NCBI GenBank assembly: GCA_002189035.1
Contig: CM007992.1
Coordinates: 2,418,001-2,482,000 of the forward strand
Direction of reading: 5' to 3'
DNA length: 64,000 bases
DNA from: Utricularia gibba
Lineage: Eukaryota; Plantae; Magnoliophyta
Shown: positions 26,361-38,705 of the stretch, one piece after another
Numbering within the stretch: the stretch's first letter is position 1
Layout of the letters: each line of letters starts with the position of its first letter
The notes under the pieces: generated by a model
Seen by the model: the letters and a program-made list of their open reading frames with translations, nothing else
What the model was told of the DNA's origin: nothing
The model's database searches: none
Position numbers and translations under genes: made by a program

Positions 26361-27093
26361 GACGTGCACCTGAACTTCAATGCACGTGTGCTCTTCCATG
26401 GCTCCACGTGTCTCATATTTTGAGTGTATGAAAACACACAAAATGTAATGTGCGTACGGTCTACTTGACACATCGGATTCTTGTTCCTACTCTGCTTCAT
26501 CTTTTTATCAAGCCATTTGCGGTAAGGGATCGTGATAGGAGTGTTTCAGACCATGCAACTAAACATCTGCCTTTCAAGAATCAAGCGTCTTTGAAAATAA
26601 ATTCATGATCCAGCTAATTCACACGTGTTTTAAAATTGGGTTTTCAATCCAAGCACGTGGGGCATCAAAGTTTGAATCCATTATTTTTTTAATTTTTTTC
26701 GCTAATTTTGTGTGTTATAATTAAAAAAAAAACAAGACGTCTGCGGTTATGTCATACAATTGACCAAGTATCAAATAAAAAATGATTTAATTTTTTTAAG
26801 TGATATGTTTGATTGAAGACTTTAGATTGGACAAGTTTTGAATGTTTCATTAAAAATGTGAAAGAGGGGTTATGTCTTATAATATTATTAGAGCAGGATA
26901 AAATCATCAAATGCCATCTTCAAACACCTCCAAATTTCAGCCTCCATACCGTACAACACATTTCACTTGCCATGTTCTCAAATTCCCATAATTATCCTAT
27001 ATCAAACATTCCCTTGTAACTCAGTTACCTTCATTTTTCACGTCCATTATTCTATGCATGACTTTCGTACCAATGTCACTTAAAAGACACGTG
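26361..27093. promoter_or_regulatory. G-box/ABRE cluster, candidate enhancer
   Basis: Perfect CACGTG at 26383, 26405, 26622, 26654 and 27088, plus GACGTG at 26361 and further ACGT cores. Confidence 0.55.
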
Positions 27094-27609
27094 GGTATTA
27101 TCATTCGGTTTTCAAAAATAATAAAACGTCTGCTAGTTTTGTCCAAACGAAAGAGTCAAAAAAAAAAAAAGAAAGAAAGAAAGAAACTACCACGCGCAGT
27201 TGAAGCGTGTGCGTTTGGGATACCAGAGAAAAAGCACGTTTTCCTCTTAGAATAGGGCATCTCTGTGCTGCACACAAACCCTCCTTCGCATTAGTCGTTA
27301 AGACAATTTATCCACGTTTCCTGTCTCATCCTTCCACACCCAATGCTCGTTCTTATGGATATTAATTATGATGAAGCATAGAGCACGACCTTTAGATATG
27401 AGCCTAATAATTTGTTTGATATTAGTTTATTAGTATACTTAGGTATAGTATAAGTAAATATGTATATATTTTATTGTGTATAACGTTTGATATATAAGAA
27501 TAGAAATTTGAGTATATAAGTGATCCCCTTCCCTCTTTTCCATCCATTTATGTATATCATCTACATACATAAAAAATAAATATGTAATTAATATAGTTAT
27601 ACAAGGCTG

Positions 27610-27612
<3 letters not shown>

Positions 27613-27648
<36 letters not shown>
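27613..27648. repeat. (TA)18 microsatellite
   Basis: Uninterrupted TA run. Confidence 0.95.
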
Positions 27649-27652
<4 letters not shown>

Positions 27653-28477
27653 TTAATCAAACAGTAAATATATGTAAACATGTATATAAATCTTTTATAT
27701 TATAATGTCAAACATACTTTATTTGATTCACTAGGATGGTATAACCTCATCAGAATGCATTTTCATTTTCATGGATATATTTCTTTTCTAACTTCATATT
27801 TTAAACTATAAAATTCCATTTTAAAAAAAAATGAAAAAAGAAATCAACACCAATCCATTGATAATAGGATGTCTAGACAAGTGTCCACTACCTAAACTCC
27901 CTAATGACTTCTCTTTCTTATCCAATAACCCACCCTCCACCTCATCTGGGTTCATTAATTATCCTAAATTCAGGCCCTTTTTTTAATAATTCTTAATCCT
28001 TCTCGGTATTCCTTATCCAATCAAAGCTATGTTTTCAATCATATTGAAAAAAAGAATTAAACTATTTTCTACGAAAAAAAAAAGAATTCAAGAGTACTAT
28101 GGAGTTGCCTCTAATTCATCATTCAAGCGTTGGATTCTTCTGATAGTAATAATAATAATGTAAAAGTATTAGTTTTAATTTCATTGATGTCACGACCACA
28201 ACTACTATATATTATAATTATAGAGTATTATTGCATGGGGCGGTCATTTTTTATCATCTTCGTATTTTGAAATATATATCATATTCGGATCGTCACAATA
28301 CTATTCCTAAAGTGCACATCTCGTTCTGTGCATTTATTTTCAAGACAATAGGTTCTAATGCATGTAACCAATGAGATTTTTTGTCCTATTTTGATTGGTT
28401 GTAGTGTTAATTAGTCAAATTTTGTGGCCAATGAGACTGAATTTGATTACGTCCTTTTTGTGGAAAGCTTGGTTCAC

Positions 28478-28512
28478 ACGCGTTCGCGATCCGCCCCTCT
28501 CTCAGTATAAAT
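28478..28512 (+). promoter_or_regulatory. S40 core promoter: CGCG boxes and TATA box
   Basis: ACGCGTTCGCG from 28478 (CAMTA-type vCGCGb) and TATAAAT at 28506-28512, about 55 bp before the ATG. Confidence 0.6.
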
Positions 28513-28563
28513 CCCCCGGCTGCTGCTATCTGGCCTACGTTTCACCTCCAAGTCTCCGGCTGC

Positions 28564-28895
28564 ATGGCGGATGAGTTCGACGAGTCCGAGATTGTGTTCT
28601 CCGGCGGCGCCGACCACCCGGCGCGCGATCAGGCCACGACGTCGAAGGTTCTAGCGCGGAGGAAGACCGGCTCCGGTCCACTCAGAATCCATTGACCACC
28701 ACACACAACCGGCGGGTGGAGGACGACTACGAGGGAGGGGAGATGGTCCCCCCTCACGTCATCGTCGGGCGCCGCGTGGCCGGGCAAATGATGCCCCACT
28801 CTGTCTGCGACGGCAACGGGCGGACTCTCAAGGGCCGGGATTTGAGCGCGCTTCGGAATTCCGTCTTGAGAATGACAGGTTTTTTGGAGAATTGA
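28564..28895 (+). pseudogene. Senescence regulator S40 (DUF584) gene with a 1-bp frameshift, or a sequence error
   Basis: ATG 28564 gives MADEFDESEIVF...GPLRIH* (TGA 28693-28695). The conserved C-terminus (EMVPPHVIV..SVCDGNGRTLKGRDLSALRNSVLRMTGFLE) is in another frame ending at 28895. One added C (ATC CCA TTG) restores a ~110-aa S40 protein. Confidence 0.88.
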
Positions 28896-30299
28896 TTTTT
28901 TTGTTATTTAATAATGGGAGTACAAGTAAATTAGCTCTTCTTCTTTTTTTTTTGTTTCTTTCTTATCTCTGTAATTGCCGAGTTTTCAATGTCGAGGATG
29001 GTGGTGTTGTTGCATATTACCACCCAACCCAACCCGGTTTGACTTTGTGGGCTGGAGACAGCAAGTGTGAATTTAAACTTTAATTTATTTAAATTACCCG
29101 AAGAATTAAATGGTTTGACAAAGAATAATATAGTATTTTTTTTCAGTGTAGGCATTTTGTATCTAGGATAAGATAATTAAATTAAAATCCAAGTAGTATG
29201 TATTTTAATGGTGACCTAGTTTTGGTGTGTGGGCTTCCCGTGAGAACTGTAATGGGCCAATCCCTGGGAACCTTAAATACGACAGGTATTGGCCCAATAA
29301 TCTCCAATCACCAGCATACCCCACAAATCATGTGGTCCCGTTCTCAATAATAGGGGATTACGTCATGGAAAATTGCGCTTATAGTTATCTTGCTTATCTA
29401 AATAGCATAGTTGATCCATAGAAATAATGTTTTTAATCTCCTCCATTCCAAAATTATTAACACTTGATTTTCATTGTTTCAAATTCGAATAAAAATAGTC
29501 TTGATTATTTACCCAAATAACAATAATATTTCATTTTTATTTAAATGATATAATTGATCTCTAAAAATATTATTTTAATTTTTAATATTTCAAAATCATT
29601 TATAGTTGATCCCTATTATTTTCAAATCGATCAAAAACAGTTTTCATTATACACACTAATGATAAAATCGAGTCCCAATTTAAAATCTTTTTTTTAATTA
29701 AATTTCACTTTTACCAACCGCCATCCCGCACCCACTCGCTGTAGTCATCGTCTGGACGACGGGCGTGTGGGGGCGGCAAGCACCAGATGATCATAAAATG
29801 GAGACCTATTTTACCAAATTATAAAATAATGAGAGACCCAATATATCTAATTTTTTAAATATTAAATGCTAATTGTAACTGATATTTAAATTGTGGGAAC
29901 CAAAAATGATTGACATAAAAAATTAAGGACTAAATATATTCGATATGTTATAATTTGAGAACTAAATATGCCAATGGAATAACCATACAATTTTCATTAA
30001 ATATTGGGAACTAATCGTGTCAATTTTAGTAAATAGTAGAAATGTATCTGACCAAGTACTTGTTCCATCATACGTTCATTGTTTTATTGTTAATTATGTG
30101 AAACACATACACACATTATATTTAAATAAAATAAATTCAATTCAATTTTTTAAATAAACTAATTGTGACAATTTTTTTAAAGTATTGTAACATTGTGGTG
30201 GAACGAGAAGTTTCAAATGATGTAATGAGATTTCATCTATTTGCATTTACACTATATCAATCTTTTAGAAGGTGATTTGATTATATCTCATATAGTTCT

Positions 30300-30720
30300 A
30301 ATTTCACTTGGAAATAGATGGAAAATGCACTTTTAAACATGTACTTTGAGCTCATGAAGTATTCTATCACTAAGTTTGAAATCACCTCGTTGTATATGGT
30401 GAGGAGGAAAGTATAACAAGAGCTTGGGAAAGATTTCCATGAAATTACCTAAGTCACTGATATCTAATAACCATGATCTTAACCTTACAGTATCAATATA
30501 TGCTTACATGATGGGCTAATTAGGCAAACCAATGAGCTACTCAATGTAGCTTTGAACCAAATAAATCCTAGGAAAGCATGGGGATTCATTGATGAATTTA
30601 TGAAACTCAAGACACGATTATGTCAATTAGTAAGTGTATGAAAGTATGATTCTTGGAAAAATATGCATGGCAATACCATGTTAAAGATCAACGAGACTAT
30701 CAAAATTGGATGATAAAATC
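30300..30720 (+). mobile_element. Gypsy/Athila gag remnant
   Basis: Fragments GEEESITRAWERF..HDL..Y.DGL...LNVA..AWGFIDEF resemble Athila gag (E.LYEAWERF...FYNGL...LDAA...A..LIE). Heavily disrupted. Confidence 0.5.
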
Positions 30721-32155
30721 AACAAGCTTCATCCTTTCATGGCTTATATTTAGGAAGCCTTAAAAAAAATAGAGAGGTTAAGTAGGAATGAATGAGCATG
30801 AACTTTGTAAAACTGCGCAAGGACCATGAGGAAACAATTGGAGAAATCAAAGTAGCACCTCACAAAACTAGAACCAAAATCAGCAACCCTAACATCTATG
30901 CTTGCATGATATGCTTAGTTAATTTATCAAGAGATAAGTGATGATGAATAAAGGAATTGTGAAGCAAATAAAACAACTAAATGAATTCTTTATGGAGCAA
31001 ATTCAGCAAGTAAAAGGGAAATTTACTGATCAAATGAAGAAAGTAAATGAACATTTGGAATTAGGTATTACCACTCACATATAGGATTGTTGAATGAATA
31101 ACCTAACCCAAAATTATAAGGCTTCAAAGCTCCAATGTCGACCTAAAAAGAACTGTATTGAATGCAAAGCTTTGGAAACCAAAAGTAGACTAGAGATACA
31201 AGCCCACGAGTTGAATGAACGTGCGTAGGTTGACGAATTGTTGAATACTCTAGTACACAAAACTTATCTAAAAATGTGTGCAAAATCATCAATATTCCAA
31301 TCTGTTGTATTAGATATTGTTTGTTCAGCAAATATAATTTTGTTTGTGTGTTTTTTCTTTCAATCATTACATCATGCGGTTTATTTTATAATTTCATTAA
31401 ACAAAAATATTATACAATTAACGAGTAATACGATTTTAAAATAATACTTCCAAAGTTATAGAAACAAGTCAATTTTTAAGATTTACCCATATACATATAT
31501 GCAAACTTTTGCATCGATGAGATTTTGATCTAAAATCTTTATCTTTCGTATTTTTACACATGTTTTCTTGTTCCTTTTAGGTTAATCTATCAAATTTGGA
31601 AGGGAATGAATAATTATACTGCTTAATATTTGCAGTAGTCGAATTCCATTTGGATTATGATTATCGAGAATTCAAATGAATTTTTTTAAGGGGCATCGTG
31701 GCATGAGGTTACACTAGTTTTGAATAATTATATAAGTGGAAGGGAAGAATGGTCGGCAGCGATCTAAGAGCAAAGAATTGGAGATATCTCAGCCGTAGAC
31801 AAGATAAGAAGGTCGTGATTTTTACAGAGAGCGACCGTAGGGTTTTCTCTCTTCTCTCGGAAGCTGACAAACTCCGCTTTCACCAAAGAGGGATAAATAT
31901 CAATCGTCTTCTCTTCGCTTCGGATTTTGCAGAAAATCGTTCCACTTCTGTATGCCTCTCCCTCTACATATATAAATTTTGTGAGCTCCACACTCGCTAT
32001 TTTGCGTTCGTGGCTCTGCTGCTTGCGTTTTCTGATTGTTCTTTCTTTTTGTTTTTTTTTTGTTTTTCGCGTTTTCTGATAAAGGAAAAGGAAAAAGTGA
32101 CGGTTGAGACGAAAGAAAAGCCTGGGCTTTGTGGTAGATCTGGTTTCGCGTTAGG

Positions 32156-35100
32156 ATGAGAGGGAGCAAGGGAAACGGTGCCGGAAATGGAGGCAACGCG
32201 CAGCCTATTCCGGCGGGGTCGCGGAGTATGGTTCACAGTTTGAAGGAGATAGTGAACTGCTCCGAGGCCGAGATCTATGCTGCTCTTAAAGAATGCAATA
32301 TGGACCCTAACGAGGCGGTTAATCGTCTCCTCACGCAAGGTTTAGAAGCAAACTTCATTTTTCAGTGGATAAGATTGTTGTTTTTTACTGTTTTTTTCTC
32401 TTCAAAATGCTCTATTTGGGATTATGCATCTTGGGTGTTATTGGCGATGAAGGGAACTTGAGGGTCATCTTGTGAATAGTTTACCCTATTGTTTTGGGAA
32501 TTTATGGTGAAGTTTTCACCTTGAAGAATATGGTTAGGGAATCAAAGGCACAATGCTCGTAGAAATTATGCTCCTTTGCTTTGTCGGGAAAGTATCTGGT
32601 TCCATGAACTGGTAGCACATTCTGATGCTAAAATTTTAGCTAAGGAGAGTGGTTCACAGCTCTAGCGAAATGCTTTCATAGATTTCAGTGAACCAAGAAT
32701 CTAAAACGTATTGAAGGCGTGGTTTTTTAACATAGCTAAGGCAGTTTTCCTGTATTATGCATTCGCATCCTTTACTATTTGTTGGAACCATCCCTTTGAG
32801 GATCCTACTGTAGTGATAGTCTGAAATTTTTCATTTTGAACGACTTTTCTTTTCATTCACAGAAGGTAGAACCTGTCAACTTCAGTCTTGTATTACTTTT
32901 TTAATCACAAGAAACCGTATTTGATTTTTTATGTTTGTCTATATTTCTGATATGCTTTTGCATTTTCAGATCCTTTCCATGAGGTGAAGAGTAAACGAGA
33001 AAAGAAGAAAGAGGTGTGTTGATTCATCATACTCCGTTTTGTAAACAGGATCAAGTGGCTGCATCCATATTGCATATAGTATTGTCTTTATACTTTGCTC
33101 TTGATTCGGGAGACCTCATTTCCTGGGTTGTGTACTGTGGGCCATTATAATTTTTCTTTTTTGCTATGGGATGCTAGTAATTTTTCTTTTCTGCCAAGTT
33201 GTTCGTGTGTGTGTGTATTCATTTTTAAGTTATGAACCGACATTCTTTCTTAGCTGCTTCAGTTATATGTCCTAGCATTGTAAAATTTTTTTTGTCATCA
33301 TTATATGTTTACAGGTTAAAGATATCACAGAACCTAAGTCTCGCAGTACTAATAGTAATTTAAGTCGAGGTGGCAAGACTGGTAATGAGCGAAATCTTGG
33401 CCGTAGTGGTTCAACTCCATATAATTCGTCTGGTAAAGTTAGCGTGGCTTTTCGTACTCCCATTCTGAAATGTCTGAAATGATGTTAATCTCTTTCCTTG
33501 TTTTTTTCCCATTAGAATCTTCTCATTTTCCTGGGAAGTCATTATATAAGAAAGAAAATGGATCGCATTCTCAGGCAAGCTATATGTCCTCATTTCACTC
33601 TATGGAGGGGTATGGTCAAGGCAGAGGACCTGCTGCATCAAGGTTTGGCCTCGCTTAATTTCAAATTCATTTTGAAAAGCATATGAACTAGAATTTTATT
33701 TCCTGCCTCTGTAAACGACCCACCCATGTTTTCTATCAATTAATTTTGCGTGGATTGCTAAAGCATTACTTGTTGAACAAGTTTTTGCAGTTTGATTCGT
33801 AAGCTCAGTTACACGCATTCAATTTCCATTATGTTGCATGGTGTTTAGTATGATTGACAATATTTTATTTCCTGGCCATGACATTGCAGTGACAGTGTTT
33901 CTGCACAAAGTAAACCACAATTTTCTGGACTAAATGATGATGAATCTGTTGGCTCTGTGCTTCCTTCAAAATCTTTCTGGGTCAGTAATCCAGGTCAAGT
34001 ATCCATGGCTGATATTTTGAAGGGAAGGCCATATAGTAATTTTCCAAGTGCTCACTCTACAACTCACCAAACGGCACACAGTAATTTGAGACATTCTGAA
34101 GATCTTGAACCTAAAATCCCTGAGCCTGGAATATCTCCAGTGTCGAATATGCAAATGACTGGAGAGTGGCTTCCCATGGAGAAGATCCCCACGTCAACAG
34201 TGTCCTCGTCCCCTGAATATATTATTGGCTCTGAAGATCACGCTGAAGTTTCTGGTGTACCTCCAGATCAGATAATTCATGACTCTAAGCTGGAAGCAAT
34301 TCAAGAAACAGAAAACTACGTTGCTGAAATGTCTCAAGTGAACGAAATGGGATCAGGGTTTCTCACCAGTGGAAAGATTCTGGATGTTAGTTCTAGAGAC
34401 CCGTCTTTATGTGAGAAAGGTTTGTGCAAAAATATGAGTTTGTACCATCATCATTTTCAGGATTTGCATGGAGGTGATTGCCGTCTAGTTCTTTAGTAAC
34501 TACATGAAACTAAAAGAATTGTTGTGAAGTGATCCTCAATCCGAAACACCTGAAATGAAGATGCTTATTGAAGTGCTAATATCAAAATTTATGAGAAATA
34601 CTGTGGATTTTCCCGTTTGGCTTTGCATGCGCATAGACTGTATTTATCATTCCTTCTACTATTTTGTAGGTGTTGCACCAGATGAATTTGGCGAGTCCAT
34701 ATCATCCATCACCCAAAATTTCCAGAAATTAAGTGTGGAGAAAGATGACAGAAGTTTACAGTCTGAGGGATATGTGCCTTCAGTAGTGATTCCAGATCAT
34801 CTACAAGTTCATGATGCAGATTGTTCTCATTTGAGCTTTGGTAGTTTTGGAACTGCCTTGAGTATTGTTTCGTCTGGAACAGTGATATCCGCACCTATGC
34901 ATATTAATTTAGATGAGGAGCAGCAAAGTGAGCCCAATCATTCTTCAACTGGGCAAACTGAACAGTAGGGCCTCTAAATTCTTATTCTATCTGGTGTCTC
35001 TTATTTTTTCCCTGTTGATCATTAGAACTTATACATTCATTGCGTTCCTTGTTATACAGAAGTCCCAGGTACTATGCAGATAGTTCTCTGAGAAGTGCCT

Positions 35101-36756
35101 CTGATGGCAGTTTGCTCCATGGAACCGGTGCTGGTCTTGGGAGTTATGATCCTTCTGTGTCACAAACTGAGGAGTTGAAGCACGAGAGTGCCGAATTGGC
35201 TCACAGAAATCAGTATTCTTTTTCCTCAGCCAACACAAGCTACAATTTTGAGGATAAACAGCAGATGAACGTCCCGTTTAGCCAAACAAGTTTGCAGATG
35301 CAGGATCTTCCTTTCTCAAATGTCATGGTATGTTGTGTTCAGTGCGTTGCTTTTGCTCATACAATGATACATGCAGAAATTCGTGAGCGCAGAAGGTTGT
35401 ATCTGATAAAGAATTTTTGGAGGATAAAACCATCTAATTGGTGGAAACCGGCATCAAGCTAGGTGGAAAATGTTTTGTCTCTGGGATTTCACAGAGATTT
35501 TTCTTTACTGTCATATCCTTTGGCTGTTTGTTTTGTTATTCGGATTAGCTCTCTAGATTTATCAAATTTCAGCATTGTTTGTTTAAATTAGTGTATTAAG
35601 TAGACGGTGTGCTTTCCATGGCAATGGTAATCATGATTTTTGGTGATCAATGTTATGTTCCATAATGTCATCGGCCTTTCATATTCAGCATGTTGTTGGA
35701 TTTTAATTTCCCTGCAAGTAATTGGTGCTTGGATGTGCATTTCTGATCTGCATGATGTTCTTTTCATACATTTTCTAGGTGTTCTCTTATTCATGGTTTT
35801 TGTTGTCAGCAGTCGTACACGAATTCTCTCCCAAGTGCTTTCTCTGCTACAAATGCTCACCCCAGCAGGGAATCTGATCTTCAGTACACCCCATTTCCTT
35901 CTTCTCAATCAATGTCTGCTAAATATGGGGATTCTATCGCCACCATTGGTGGGTCAGCAGTTACATCGGAGGTAATTTGCATCTTGCAAGCAACCCATTT
36001 TATCTGCATGCATCTCACTTTATTTTTTTCGTTTTTCTCATCGGGATCTGAAGGCATCAACTTTTTCGCAAGTTCAGCCACCAGCTTCCAGAGCTGGTGT
36101 CGCCACTGGGCCACCTCTTTCTCAACATGCTCCAGTACATCATCCGTATTCTCAGCCTAGTCTTCCTTTGGGACCTTTTACCAACTTGATCCCGTACCCT
36201 TTTGTGGCGCAAAGCTACACATATATGCCTTCAGCTTTTCAACAAGCATATGGAGGCAACAGCGCTTACCCTCAGTCCCTTGCAAGCGTACTTCCTCAAT
36301 ATAAAAACACTGTTCCTCCCAGTACTTTGCCTCAATCTGCAGCTGTCGCCTCTGGGTATGGTGCATTTGGAAACAGCACGGCCGTTCCCGGAAACTACCA
36401 AATGGCTCCACCTGCTGCACCTTCTGCAACGAGTTTGAATTATGATGACGTGTTAAACTTGCCGTACAAGGAGAGTAGTCAACTGATGTCGTTGCTGCAG
36501 GTATTCTCCCTTCTTGTGGATTCTGGACTAAGGTTTTTGAGCCCCTTGTGCAACATGTGTCTTGCTGCATATTTTATACTTGCATTTCTATCGAAATCCA
36601 AGGGACTTGTTTTTTGATGGGTGCTGTTTATTCTCAGAATGATAACCCTGCGTTGTGGCTTCAAGGACCGAACTCCAGAACAATGCCAGCAGTGGCAGCG
36701 AACACATATTACAATTATCCGGCGAACCACCATCCTTCAGGAGGATTCCGGCAAGC

Positions 36757-36789
<33 letters not shown>

Positions 36790-36949
36790 ATCCCAGAGCT
36801 ACGGCGCAGGTTTAGGCGGTGGGTACCCCAACCTGTACCACGCTCAGGTGGGTTCATTGCCGGAGCAGCCGCAGAATGCAAGAGATGGGTCTCTTGTGGG
36901 CACCCAAGGGCAGCCTAAGCAAGCCCAGCTTTGGCAGAGTGGCTACTAA
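32156..36949 (+). CDS. GBF-interacting protein 1-like protein (N-terminal DUF1296/UBA-like domain), 10 exons
   Basis: Exons 32156-32339, 32970-33013, 33315-33432, 33516-33642, 33890-34473, 34670-34964, 35060-35327, 35810-35971, 36054-36500, 36638-36949, with consistent phases. Motifs SLKEIVNCSEAEIYAALKECNMDPNEAVNRLL, DPFHEVKSKREKKKE, VVIPDHLQV..DCSHLSFGSF, terminal QLWQSGY. Confidence 0.92.
36758..36787 (+). repeat. (CAG)10 coding repeat (polyQ)
   Basis: Ten perfect CAG codons in the last GIP1-like exon. Confidence 0.95.
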
Positions 36950-38705
36950 TCAATCATCTCCTGGCAGACGCGCGAATGGCCTGCCCTCCCTCTCCCTCCC
37001 CCTCATGGTTGTACGTACTTGTACGCATTCCCGTTACCGGTTGATGTAACATTAGGAAACAGAGTGCTGATTTTGTTGTTAGTGGAGTGGTCGTTTAACC
37101 CTCTGCCCCCGCGCGCATTCTCCTTAAGAGCCATTTTACACAGTGTTACTTCTTCGTGCATGCATCAATCTTATGAAGAGGTCATTTGGTTCACATGTGG
37201 CCCTTTAATTTAGGTTTATTTTATTCAATTATATAAACGTGTTTTGCGTGTTTAAAAGTTGTTTGATACATAAATTTTTATAATATGTTTAATATTTGAA
37301 TTGAGAAAAAGGTTAATTTTGGGATTTTCGTATTATTTCATTAACAAAAGTAATAATCATTCCTTACTTCTAACTAATGCATTGCATCTACTTATCCCCG
37401 TTTCTTCTTCCTCCAAACCTATTCCTCTTGTTGTATTGTATGTCATTGCCTTGAACTGAGAAATTTTGAATTCGCACCTAACAACTGACTAATTTCCTTT
37501 GCGTTTGTCACATTTGTGCATTGGTTCAACTAGAGAGTCATAGGCTGTTTCTTTCTGGATCGAGTTGATTGATGATGCTGAGATGGGCCCCTGTTTAGCA
37601 AGACTCTCAAGGACAAATACTTCCATCATCAATTATCGTAGATCAACAATATCCATTTCAATTGTGGCTAATTATTGGTTGTGCAGCAAGTTGAGGGCTC
37701 TCCCTCATATTCTGTGGTGTGTACTGCACCCTCTTGGGTACCTTGATGAATCAAATGGAAGCTGTAGATCATCATCATCCATTGTTTGTCATAACTCAAT
37801 CATCGTAGAATTTCATTAGGTGATCCAGAACTAGAACAAGCCCAATTGGTGGTGTTACAAATCTTGCCTTTTGGGATCAATTCCAACAAGGTTTCATGGT
37901 TGTGGTTAAAAATCAATAAAAGATACAATGATTTGTCATGCTTCATAGAACCGGAAGAACCCAAGTACCGACAGGAAACCCTTTGAAGAAAAGGGTGCTC
38001 ATGAATATTGGTACGAAGTTGTGGTTCTTTGACTAGGGAACTCTATGGAGTGTGATTGTATTTCGGTTCCATGGATCCTCTAATATGATGGTAGACACCT
38101 CATTTTATAGGTATCTGTAGAATACTAGATTGCGTAACTACCTTCCACAAGTTATGACCAGCATCAAGTAGAATACGTGCAATGCTTTTCTGTGCAGCTA
38201 CCCTTGATAAGTTACGAGCAACACATACTATAATACAAATGTGTATAAAATACACAAGGTGTTGCTCTTCGCTGTTACCCTCCGCAAGTTTTGAGCAGCA
38301 TCGAGAGTCACAGGCCCAGCTAACATGTAGCGGTGTTCGTCATCAGCGAGTATATTATACATGATTTTCATCAAGCAATGTCTTAAAGTTATTTGATATT
38401 ATGTAAATTATTTAAAAAAAAACACCAAAGGTTATCTAATACATGTAATAATAGTAAAATTATTTCTGAAATTTTTTGTTTACAAACATGAGTTGTTGGC
38501 TATTTTTAATTTGGACAGTGATTCGATTGGTTGAAATTCAGGGAGTCAAGGGGAAATTATAAATGGTTCTACGGGCGTTACCGCCATTGCAAGATTTTCT
38601 CTATAATTCCCGAACTTGTCTTTTTCCCCGAACGCGAAACTCAAAACCTTCAACTACTCGCCGAGTATCAGACCCCCCCGCGCGCGATTCCCCATATCCA
38701 GATTG

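Noticed and set aside
26330-26520. Possible miRNA precursor in the G-box-rich region
   Set aside because: No match to conserved plant miRNA families I recall and no extended fold-back visible.
29540-30030. AT-rich region with GGACTAA-like subrepeats around a GC-rich core, MULE/MITE-like
   Set aside because: Could not define matching TIRs or a TSD by eye, so not listed as a feature.
31200-31255. Possible Helitron 3' end (CACG..CGTG followed by CTAG|T)
   Set aside because: The hairpin is weak and about 25 nt from CTAG, farther than typical; no 5' TC end or RepHel remnant seen.
31749-32159. 136-aa ORF whose TGA overlaps the GIP1-like ATG (ATGA), resembling an overlapping uORF
   Set aside because: Its ATG lies upstream of the likely TATA box (TATATAAAT, ~31969-31977), so it is probably not in the mRNA; the peptide is low-complexity with no recognisable domain.
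37560-38360. Coding-like, GC-balanced sequence between GIP1-like and TPK
   Set aside because: All frames I translated contain stops and no recognisable motif; probably an old TE or gene relic, but not supportable without a search.
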